A DNA stretch of 38,551 nt from Cytophagales bacterium (lineage in GTDB: Bacteria; Bacteroidota; Bacteroidia; Cytophagales; Spirosomataceae), in contig JANPGQ010000311.1 of the NCBI GenBank assembly GCA_031423975.1, positions 1-38,551 on the forward strand, read 5' to 3'. Both the position numbers and the translations under genes were made by a program. The notes under the pieces were generated by a model. That model did not search any database. It saw only the letters and a program-made list of their open reading frames with translations, and was not told the origin of the DNA. Shown piece after piece: positions 9,007-18,800 of the stretch (its first letter is position 1; the number at the start of each line of letters is the position of its first letter).

Positions 9007-9066
9007 GGTGAACGGTTTTTCGACTATATTTTTCGCCGTGTACCGTTCACCCTTTACCTTTTACCT
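9007..9066 (-). promoter_or_regulatory. Intergenic hairpin with heptamer repeats just downstream of the 2163-aa gene
   Basis: ggtgaacggt (9007-9016) and accgttcacc (9042-9051) form a perfect 10-bp inverted repeat. The right arm is part of tcgccgt-gtaccgt-tcaccct-ttacctt-ttaccta. Confidence 0.5.
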
Positions 9067-9071
9067 AATTT

Positions 9072-12000
9072 TTAATGCAATACTCCTGAATAACGTCCGC
9101 TATTTTGTTTCCATAAGCTGTTATCCATAAAGTTTGAGTCGGCATCTAAATTGAAATCACTCAATAAATAAATATCAAAACTTCCTGATAAACTCTTCCA
9201 TAGGAGTGAATCTTTGAAATTGATGTCGTAATTATCATTGATAGTAGCTTTTGAACCATCTGCAGCGTACATCACGAACTTAGTACCAACCTGTTTTTCT
9301 CCAAATGATGGAGGGTTTGTTAGCTGATAGCTTTGTTGTGCCGTAAAGTCATACGTAATTTTACCAGCCGATACAGGCACTTTTACGTGCGACATTACCC
9401 CCATGTGATTGCGATGTTCGATAACCACGTAGAATGAACCACTCGGTAAAGTGAAGCATGGATTGACAAAACTAATGTGTCCGTCGCTGTGCAATAAACC
9501 TGCCACACTGAGAGCCTTGCTTGCCTTTGTCGAATCTGTACGAAGCGATACCAAAACCCAATCAACCACCGTAGTAGGATATGCAGTTATGGTTTCTGAC
9601 CCTGTATAACTAAATGGTAATAAATTGTAGGGTTGTCCTCCTGGTGTTGCCACAGCATAATTTCCCACAGGTGTTTGTCCTGGTAATAATCCTCGTTGAT
9701 TCAAAATGGTACTCATCAAACCTGTATTTGAGTCATAAGGTCCTTGAAGAATTACCTTGAAGTCAAACGTAACGCAAGGCTGTTCTAATATAGTAATATA
9801 TGCCGTTGCAGTAGTGCATAAAACTGGCGAACCATTATCACAAACCTTATACGTGAACACATCTGTACCCACAAACGTAGCGTTTGGTGTATAGGTAAAT
9901 GCACCCGTAGTGGCATTGAATACAATCGTTCCGTTGGCAGGGTTGGTCAATTTGGTAAATGCCAATATTTGCCCTGCATCGGGGTCGCTATCGTTCAAGG
10001 CTACTGAGGCTGATACAGATGTGCCTTTGAGCGTAATCTTGTAGTCGTCATTAGCAACTGGTGGATTATTTACTATCCCAACGGTTGCATCTTTTACATT
10101 GATTGTTACTACCGCCGTATCACATTTTGCAGTATTTGAAGCATCACAAACTTTATATTTATAGGTATCAATTCCTACGAATACTGGGTTTGGTGTATAA
10201 GTCATCGTGCCATTTGCATTAGTTACTACTGTACCGTTTAGTAGTGTTCCGATAGCCGTTGGCAAGCCCAAAGTACCTGCTGTATAAGTATCGTTTGCCT
10301 TTACAGAAATAATAACCGCCGTAGCTTTTGGGGTAACAGCATTATCGTCCAATGCCACTGGTAGTGTATTTGCTTGTGGTGTAATGCTGGGATCAATGAT
10401 GGTCAAATATGCCGTAGCATTTGAACACATAATTGGCGAACCATTATCACAAACCTTGTAAGTAAACAAATCACTACCTACGAATCCAGAATTTGGAATA
10501 TAAGTATATGTTCCGTTTGGATTAAAGGTAAGCGTTCCGTTTACTGGGCTTGACGTATTGCTGAAAGTCAAAATCTGTCCTATATTCGGGTCAGAATCAT
10601 TGGTAGCTACTGACGACGTTATGGTTGAATTTTTGTTCAACGTTTTAGCATCGTCCGTTGCTACTGGTGGTTCGTTTTTCACTACATTCATTGACTCATT
10701 TACTGAAACTGTTACGGTTGCAGTACTACATAACGAAGGTGTTCCCGAATCACAAACCTGATACGTGAAGGTATCGTCGCCAGTTGTTCCTGGGGTTGGC
10801 GTATAAGTAATCGTTCCATCAGGATTCACTACTACCGTTCCTTTGGTTGGCGGTGTGGTGATAGTCGGATTCTTCAAAGGCGTACCTTCTGGGTCGGCAT
10901 CATTGGCTAATACATTGATAGTTAAGGGCTTGTCTTTCGGCGTACTCGTATTGTCAGGATTGGCTAATGGTGGCAAATTTGTACCAGAAGTCAATGGCGT
11001 TGTGATGGTAATGGTTACCGTAGCGGTATCACACAATGAAGGCGTTCCGTTATCACAAACCTTGTATTTGAAAGTATCATTACCCGTAGCCGTTGGATTT
11101 GGCGTATAGGTAAATGTTCCGTCTGGCAAAATTGTAACTGTTCCTTTGGTTGGTGTTCCACCCATAATTGGACCCGAAGCTACTAAAGGATTGCCCTCTG
11201 GGTCGGTATCATTGGTCAAAACATTACCTGTTATTGGTGTACCTTTTGGGGTTACGGCAATGTCATTCGTAGCAATTGGAGCATCATTTTTAGGTAATAC
11301 TGTTATTGGAATGATAACATTGGTACAAATTCCTGAAGCATCACAAACTTTTACACAAACCGTATCTTTTCCCGAAAAATTAGGAAGTGGCGTGTAGGTA
11401 ATACAAACCTGATGTGGCGTTGTACTATTATTTACCGTAACCGTAGTAGCACCGTGTTTCGGAGCAGCACATAATGAAACTGTATGCGTTTCGTTGGCAT
11501 CGGGGTCATTTATTGGCAAACAAACCGTTACGGTACTATCTTCAGGTACAATGATTGGCGTTGGCACAATAACTGGAGGGTCTGGTACAGGCGTAACTTT
11601 CACAGGTACTTTGATGGTAGTACAATTTCCATAAGCATCACACACCTTCACACATACCGAATCAGTACCATTAAAATTAGGATTGGGCGTGTAAGTAGTA
11701 CAAACCTGATGTGGTGTTAAAGTATTATTTACCGTGTAAGTAACCGTTCCGTTTAATGCACCACAAGGTGTAACCGTATGAGTATCAACTGCATCAGCAT
11801 CCACAATTGGCATACAGAATGTGATTGGTGTCCCGTCTTCTGGCATCGTTGGTGGCGTAACTGGTGGTGTAATTACTGGTGGTGCTGAATTGATATTCGT
11901 TACCGTCAAAATCACCGTTGCGTTGCTACATAATACTGGCGTTCCGTTATCACAAGTCTTATACGTGAACATATCCGTACCCACATAATTGGTAGCAGGT

Positions 12001-15000
12001 GTATGGGTATATGCTCCTGTTGTTGGATTGAAACCCGTGATTGTTCCGTGCGAAGGAGTTGATAATTGCGTGTAAGTCAATACCTGTCCTGCATTTGGGT
12101 CAGTATCATTTGTGGCTACAAAACCATTCACAGGTACATTTTTAGGTGTTTGCTTACTATCGTCCACAGCATCAGGAGGAAGGTTTACTGCCCCAATTGG
12201 TTTTGGAGTAAGTTCAACCGTTACCGTGGCAGTATCACACTTTGAAGGTATGCCTGTATCACAGATAATATATTTGAAAGTATCCGTTCCCGTAGCCGTT
12301 GGACTGGTTGGCGTGTACGTTACCGTTCCATCAGGATTTACTACTACCGTTCCCTTCGTTGGACCAAAAGCTGGTACAAGCGTTGGAATGGTCAATGGCG
12401 TACCGTCTGGGTCAATGTCATTCGCTTTTACATTAATCACTAATGGCGTTCCTGCTGGTGTAATTACGTTATCATTTACAGCCAAAGGAGGTCTATTTAC
12501 CCCTGGCGTTGAAGTAGGGTCAAATACTTCAATCGCTACCGTTGCCGTATCACAAAGCGTTGGCGTTCCATTATCACAAACACGATATTTGAATACATCC
12601 GTACCCACAAATGTAGGGTTTGGCGTATAGGTATATCCACCTGTTGGCGTTACAGTCAATGTTCCATTAGCTGGTGACTTTACTGGTGTTGTTGATACGG
12701 TCAGTGTTTGTCCTGTGTCAGGGTCTGTATCATTTGTCAAGACGTTTCCAGCTACTGGTATGGCTTTGGGCGTAATGTTTACATCATTGATAGCCACTGG
12801 TTTATCGTTTACAGCCGTTACCGTGACAGGAATTTTTACATCAGTACAAAGCCCCGAAGCATCACATACTTTTACGCAAATGGTATCTACACCATTGAAA
12901 TTAGTAAAAGGAGTATAGGTTACGCAAAGGGTATGCGTTACATTATTTACCGTTGTAGTTGCCGTTCCGTTTTTAGGCGTTGCACAAGGCGTAAGCGTGT
13001 GCATATCACCTACATCTGGGTCAGTTATTGGCATACAAACCGTTTTAGAAGCAGAATCTTCTGGCATCGTAAGCAGTACTGAAATTACGACTGGTGGGTC
13101 TGGTAAGGGCGTAACTGTAATGGGAATAGTTACGTTAATACATTTTCCATAAGAATCACAAATTGTCAAACATACTGAATCTTTACCTGCATAATTTGCC
13201 GTTGGTTTATAATTCAAACAAACTTGATGCGTAGTGTTATTTACAGTTGGAGTGGCTGTTCCATTTTTTGGAACTCCACAAACTGTAACCGTATGCGTAT
13301 CATTTTTATCGGGGTCTGAAATTGGCAAACATAATGTACTAATTGGCGAATCTTCCGCAACCATCTGAGGTGTTGGCGTAACAACTGGTGGGTCTGGCAC
13401 GGGCGAAACCACAACTGGAATTAATACGTTGGTACATAATCCCCCTGCATCACAAACTCTTACACAAATAGTATCCTGACCGTTGAAATTAGGGGCAGGG
13501 CTATAAGTAACACAAACTTCATGCGTAGTATTATTCACAATAGCTGTTGCATTTGAACCCGCTTTTGGCGCAACACATAAACCAGCAGTATGCGTGTCTG
13601 TTCCGTCTGGATCTGTAATTGGTAAACAAATTGTCTTAGCCGCAGAGTCTTCGGGCATAGTAATTTGCTTTGGTAAAACCACAGGAGGGTCATTCACAGG
13701 CGTAACTTTTACGGGTATTTTCACCGTTGTACAAGCTCCATTATTATCACACACTTTCACACAAATCGAATCCGTACCATTAAAATTTGGATTAGGCGTA
13801 TAGCTCAAACAAACCTGTTTGGTGGTAGGATTCGTACTGGCGATAGTAGTTGTTCCGTTGTTTGTCCCACAAATACTTGCGGTGTGCGTATCGGTAGCGT
13901 CAGCATCTGAATAGTTGAAACAAATCGTCAGAGGCGTAGCTGGGTCTTCGGGAGTTGTGGGTGTAACGGCTGGTGGAATAATCACTGGTGCGGTATTAGA
14001 CGGTGCTGTTACTGTCAAATATACCGTAGCGGTATCACACAAAACTGGCGTTCCATTATCACATACTTTATATATGAAAGCATCTGGACCTGTATAGCCC
14101 GTTGTGGGCGTATAGGTATAACCGCCCGTTGGGGTTATAACTACTGTACCATGTGCAGGAGCGGATATTGGTGCGGTGGTGTATGCCAAAATTTGCCCAG
14201 CATTGGGATCAGTATCGTTACCAAAAAATATTCCTGTCAAAGGAGTATTTTTCAGCGTAGTACCTGCATCATCACCTGCAATCGGTTTGTCATTGGCTGT
14301 GATAGGATTATTATCTACCACAACATCAATGGTGGCAGTGGTGGTTGCACACGCTTTTGGCGTAGCATTATCACATACCTGATACGTGAAAACATCTTGC
14401 CCGCTAAATCCTGAATTTGGCGTGTAGGTGTATGTTCCGTTTGGTAAAATAGTTACCGTTCCATTGGTTGGAGGGATTACTGGCGTAGTAGTTGCCGTAA
14501 GCGTTTGCCCTGCATTGGGGTCAAAATCATTACTCAATAAATTGCCAGTAACGGGCATTGAAACATTGGTTTGGGTAACATCGGGTTGAGCAACTGGTGG
14601 TGCATTTACCCCTGGTAAAGATGGTAGTGCCAAGATAGTAATTGTTACCAAGGCAGTATCACACTTTTGTGGAATTACATTATCACAAATTTTATATTTG
14701 AAAATATCTGTCCCCGAATAGCCCGTTGTAGGCGTATAGATATAAGTTCCATTAGCATTTAATACTACTGCACCATGCGTTGGGCTGATAATTGGCGTAG
14801 TGGTAACAATCAATCCAGAGCCAATATCGTTAGTGAGAACTTGTCCAGAAACGGCTATATTTAAGTTAGTAGTATTGATGTCATTTACTGCCAAAATGGG
14901 TGAACAATAGGTACTCATACAAGAATTAGCATTGCCAAAATAACCACTTGCCTTTACGTCTGCTTGTTTATACTCGAAAGAAGGGTCTGTTATAATACCG

Positions 15001-15563
15001 TAAACTTCATTCATACCCGTAACTGGCGATGTTTTGTCATCGTTCCAAGTAAGGTCAAAACAGTCATTTCCATTCACTACGTTAAACTTTATACAAGCTA
15101 CAGTTGCCCATTTAGGAGTAACTAATTTAGCTCCTTGGTTTGAACCAGTATAAAATGTATTCAGCGATACAATTCCTTCGGTAGGACCTTCGCCCGAACC
15201 ATTTAAGTTCTCGAAACCATAATTGGTATCACTCGAAGGAGCTTTTGCTGAATAATTTTCTTGACTCACCAAACTCTGTGCAAAGGTTGGCGAAACACCC
15301 AAAAGCCTCAACTGAGTGGTTTTGAACCGAAAACGATAGTTGGCATCTCCCATCAGGAAGGTGTCGGCAATGGAGGTAGCCCGAACTTGTACGGCAATGG
15401 TGAGCGTTCTGGGTGAGACAGAACAGTCAGTACTTTTGACTGTAAATCTCACATCGAATTTTCCCGCTGCTACGGGATGCATACCACTCTGTGCTCGGGC
15501 GGTACTGATTATTCCCAAAAAGAGAAAAACAGCAGAGAACAGCGTTAATAGCAGTTTTTTCAT
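9072..15563 (-). CDS. 2163-aa secreted adhesin/stalk protein: cohesin-like N-domain, ~17 Big_9/cadherin-like repeats, C-terminal dockerin-like domain
   Basis: Signal peptide ARA/Q. Manual count of 17 repeats (P.A..D...T...ND.DP...G.YTYTP...G.D.F.YKVCD.G.P..CD.ATV). The C-terminal ~235 aa run KVILQGPY...VVDWVLVSLR...EHRNHMGVMS...DINFKDSLLW...DFNLDADSNFMDNSLW. Confidence 0.88.
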   Translation of the reverse strand: MKKLLLTLFSAVFLFLGIISTARAQSGMHPVAAGKFDVRFTVKSTDCSVSPRTLTIAVQVRATSIADTFLMGDANYRFRFKTTQLRLLGVSPTFAQSLVSQENYSAKAPSSDTNYGFENLNGSGEGPTEGIVSLNTFYTGSNQGAKLVTPKWATVACIKFNVVNGNDCFDLTWNDDKTSPVTGMNEVYGIITDPSFEYKQADVKASGYFGNANSCMSTYCSPILAVNDINTTNLNIAVSGQVLTNDIGSGLIVTTTPIISPTHGAVVLNANGTYIYTPTTGYSGTDIFKYKICDNVIPQKCDTALVTITILALPSLPGVNAPPVAQPDVTQTNVSMPVTGNLLSNDFDPNAGQTLTATTTPVIPPTNGTVTILPNGTYTYTPNSGFSGQDVFTYQVCDNATPKACATTTATIDVVVDNNPITANDKPIAGDDAGTTLKNTPLTGIFFGNDTDPNAGQILAYTTAPISAPAHGTVVITPTGGYTYTPTTGYTGPDAFIYKVCDNGTPVLCDTATVYLTVTAPSNTAPVIIPPAVTPTTPEDPATPLTICFNYSDADATDTHTASICGTNNGTTTIASTNPTTKQVCLSYTPNPNFNGTDSICVKVCDNNGACTTVKIPVKVTPVNDPPVVLPKQITMPEDSAAKTICLPITDPDGTDTHTAGLCVAPKAGSNATAIVNNTTHEVCVTYSPAPNFNGQDTICVRVCDAGGLCTNVLIPVVVSPVPDPPVVTPTPQMVAEDSPISTLCLPISDPDKNDTHTVTVCGVPKNGTATPTVNNTTHQVCLNYKPTANYAGKDSVCLTICDSYGKCINVTIPITVTPLPDPPVVISVLLTMPEDSASKTVCMPITDPDVGDMHTLTPCATPKNGTATTTVNNVTHTLCVTYTPFTNFNGVDTICVKVCDASGLCTDVKIPVTVTAVNDKPVAINDVNITPKAIPVAGNVLTNDTDPDTGQTLTVSTTPVKSPANGTLTVTPTGGYTYTPNPTFVGTDVFKYRVCDNGTPTLCDTATVAIEVFDPTSTPGVNRPPLAVNDNVITPAGTPLVINVKANDIDPDGTPLTIPTLVPAFGPTKGTVVVNPDGTVTYTPTSPTATGTDTFKYIICDTGIPSKCDTATVTVELTPKPIGAVNLPPDAVDDSKQTPKNVPVNGFVATNDTDPNAGQVLTYTQLSTPSHGTITGFNPTTGAYTHTPATNYVGTDMFTYKTCDNGTPVLCSNATVILTVTNINSAPPVITPPVTPPTMPEDGTPITFCMPIVDADAVDTHTVTPCGALNGTVTYTVNNTLTPHQVCTTYTPNPNFNGTDSVCVKVCDAYGNCTTIKVPVKVTPVPDPPVIVPTPIIVPEDSTVTVCLPINDPDANETHTVSLCAAPKHGATTVTVNNSTTPHQVCITYTPLPNFSGKDTVCVKVCDASGICTNVIIPITVLPKNDAPIATNDIAVTPKGTPITGNVLTNDTDPEGNPLVASGPIMGGTPTKGTVTILPDGTFTYTPNPTATGNDTFKYKVCDNGTPSLCDTATVTITITTPLTSGTNLPPLANPDNTSTPKDKPLTINVLANDADPEGTPLKNPTITTPPTKGTVVVNPDGTITYTPTPGTTGDDTFTYQVCDSGTPSLCSTATVTVSVNESMNVVKNEPPVATDDAKTLNKNSTITSSVATNDSDPNIGQILTFSNTSSPVNGTLTFNPNGTYTYIPNSGFVGSDLFTYKVCDNGSPIMCSNATAYLTIIDPSITPQANTLPVALDDNAVTPKATAVIISVKANDTYTAGTLGLPTAIGTLLNGTVVTNANGTMTYTPNPVFVGIDTYKYKVCDASNTAKCDTAVVTINVKDATVGIVNNPPVANDDYKITLKGTSVSASVALNDSDPDAGQILAFTKLTNPANGTIVFNATTGAFTYTPNATFVGTDVFTYKVCDNGSPVLCTTATAYITILEQPCVTFDFKVILQGPYDSNTGLMSTILNQRGLLPGQTPVGNYAVATPGGQPYNLLPFSYTGSETITAYPTTVVDWVLVSLRTDSTKASKALSVAGLLHSDGHISFVNPCFTLPSGSFYVVIEHRNHMGVMSHVKVPVSAGKITYDFTAQQSYQLTNPPSFGEKQVGTKFVMYAADGSKATINDNYDINFKDSLLWKSLSGSFDIYLLSDFNLDADSNFMDNSLWKQNSGRYSGVLH

Positions 15564-15643
15564 GCGAAGAATTGTTTAGGATGTACTAATTTATTAAAAT
15601 ATCCATCTACACCTGGCAGGGCGGAGGAGTGGACATACGTTTC

Positions 15644-15832
15644 AATTGATAATTGACAATTGATAGTTGACAATTGATAGTTGACAATTAACTGTGAATG
15701 ATTATTACGATATAAAATGTTTTAGGGATACTTAGGAAGGGAATGTTTTAGTTTCGGGTACTTAAATGTGTGGATTAATATAATTGATAATTGACAATTG
15801 CATACTTAGTATCAATTGTCAATTATCAACTA
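15644..15832. repeat. AATTGAY heptamer array with an inverted copy forming a hairpin
   Basis: Seven tandem heptamers at 15644-15692 (aattgat aattgac aattgat agttgac aattgat agttgac aattaac). A 17-bp perfect inverted repeat: ttgataattgacaattg (15784-15800) and caattgtcaattatcaa (15813-15829). Confidence 0.85.
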
Positions 15833-15834
15833 TA

Positions 15835-18800
15835 TCAATGTGCCACTCCTGAGAAGCGACCATTATTTACTTTCCAAAGCGTATTATCTGAATTATTTAC
15901 ATCCGCATCGAAGTTATAATCTCCTGATAAATAGCGGTCGAAAATACCTGATTGTAACTTCCACAAATTCGAGTCGGCAGCATTGATATCGAAGTTATCA
16001 TTCTGCAATGCCTTCTTATGGTCGGCTGCATACATGACATATTTACCCGCTTTCACTTTCTGACCATACGATGGAGGGTTTGTAAGTGCATAAGAATCAT
16101 TGGTGGTAAAGTCATAGGTAAGCGTACCCGTTGTTACCGTTATTTTCTTATCACTCATTACACCCATGTGGTTACGATGTTCAACCAAAACATAATATGA
16201 ACCGTTGGCAATGGTGAAACATGGATTAACAAACGTTACGTTACCGTCAGCGTGCAGTAAACCTGCGGCTCTGAATACTGGCGTAGTGGTTAATGAATCG
16301 GTTCTTAATGAAATCAATACCCAATCCACTATATCAGTGGCATATCCACCCAATGGCATGGCTTCTGTTCCTGCATAATTCCAAGGAGTTCCCGAATAAG
16401 GCTGACCGTTTGGCGTAGGCGTTGCGGTAATGCCAATTGGAGTTTGTCCTGGTAATAATCCTCTCACATTCAAGAAGTTATTCATCAATCCAGAAACTGT
16501 ATTTAATGGTCCTTCTAATAATACTTTCAGATTAAAGTTTACACAAACACTCAAAATTGGGTCTTTTACAGAGAGATATACCGTAGCAGTATCACATAAA
16601 CTTGGTGTACCATTATCACATACTTTGTAGAGGAATTTATCTGTACCTACGAATGTTGCGTTTGGCGTATAGGCAAACGTTCCATCTGGATTAAAGCTCA
16701 CCGTTCCATTGGCAGCGAGTGTTAATAACGAATACGATAAGGTCTGTCCTGCATTCGGGTCATTATCATTCAAACTTGCACTTTTGTTGATTCCTACACC
16801 TTTGTTGGTGGTGTAAGCATCGTCATTAGCTACTGGTTTGATGTTGCCACCTCCGCTATAATCAGGCGTTACTTTTATTGTTACCGTGGTGGTATCGCAA
16901 AGTGCAGGTGTTTGATTATCACATACTTTATATTTGAATACATCCGTACCCACAAATCCTGTGGCTGGGGTATAAATATAAGTTCCGTTGGTGTTCAAGA
17001 CTGCCGTTCCATTCGTTGGATTCGTCAGTTTTGTGAAAGCTAACGTTTGTCCTAAGTCTGGGTCGAAATCATTTGAAGCCACCGTGCCACTTACTGGAAT
17101 ATTTACCAAAGTCTGATTGACATCGTGTATTGCCGTTGGTTTGTTATTAATTGGCGATACCGTTGGTGCATCTTGGACGTATAAATAAACGTAAGCTATA
17201 TCACATTCGGCAGGTACTTTATTATTACACATTTGATATTGAGCCGAGTCTTTTCCTATAAATCCAGTAGTTGATGTGTAAGAATACGTTCCGTTCGGAT
17301 TTAACGTTAAAGTTCCGTGCGTAGCTGGTGCGAGTAATGAAACCGTTACTGGCAAACCTTTCTTATCGTCATTGGTCAATACATCACCCGTTACCGTAGT
17401 ATTTTTCGGAACGATGTTAATGTCGTCAAATGCTACTGGTGAACTTACCGTTGGAATTGGTGATGGCAACACACTTACGTAAACCGTTGCAGTATCACAT
17501 AAGCTCGGCGTTCCGTTATCACAGGCTTTGTAGGTAAATTTATCAGGTCCTGTATATGCAGTTGTTGGAATATACGTGTATGAACCATCTGCATTTACCG
17601 TTACCGTTCCGTGAACTGGATTCGATACCTTCATGAATGAGAGCGTTTGTCCAGTATTTAGGTCGCTATCATTTGGTGCTACTGTGGCAGTTTTTGCAGT
17701 ATTGATATTAGTAACAATAGCATCATCCTGAGCATTTGGAGCATCATTTCCTCCCACTGGACTCAGTTTAGGCGTTACGTCAATTGTTACACTGGCAGTA
17801 TCACAAAGCACTGGCGAACCTGTATCACAAACCTTATAAGTAAATTTATCTTTACCGATAAATCCACTATTTGGTGTGTAAGTAAATGTTCCGTCTGGAT
17901 TAAATACTAATGTACCATTGACTGGATTTGTCAATTTAGTAGCCGTTAAAATTCCTCCTTCTGGATCGGTATCATTATTGGTTACTTTACCCGAAACTGG
18001 TATATTCACCAAGGTCTGAGCCACATCTGCACTGGCAATTGGTTTATCATTTGCGGTATTTGGCAATGGTGCAACGTTAATATATAACCACGCTTTACTA
18101 CATTCTGCGGGTACTTCGTTATTACAGATTTGGTACTGAACCGAATCTTTACCCACAAATCCAGTGGTTGGAATATATCCATACGTTCCATTAGGACTGA
18201 TGGTTAATGAACCGTGCTTGGCAGTGGTCAATTGCGTAACCACCACTGGCAAACCTTTCTTATCATCATTGGTCAATACATCTCCCGTTACCGTTGTGTT
18301 TATCAACGTATTGTTAATATCATTGACTGCCAAAGGCTGCGTTGATGATGGTGATACGGTCAGATAAATCGTTGCGGTATCACATTTCACTGGTGTGCCT
18401 GCATCACAAACTTTGTAAGTAACGGTATTGCCACCTATTGGTTTACCCGTCAATGGGTCAATGGCTGGCGTGTAGGTTACATTACCCAAAGCATCAATCG
18501 TTACGTTTGGATTACCACCTAACTTGGTGAATGCCAATGGCGTACCTTCTGGGTCTTTATCGTTTCCACTTACATTGTACGTTACTGGTTTACCCTCAAT
18601 TCCCAAAATGGCATCATCAATTGCCACTGGTGGCTGATTGACGGCTGGATTTGGTGTTACAGGCTCAACCGTGATAATCACTTTTGCGGTATCACACAAT
18701 ACTGGCGTTCCGTTATCGCATACTTTGTACTTGAATACATCCGTACCCGTAAATCCTCCGTTTGGCGTGTAAGTGAAAGTACCATTCGGGTTCATCGTTG

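Noticed and set aside
15644-15832. CRISPR array
   Set aside because: Contiguous 7-nt tandem units without unique spacers, and no cas genes.
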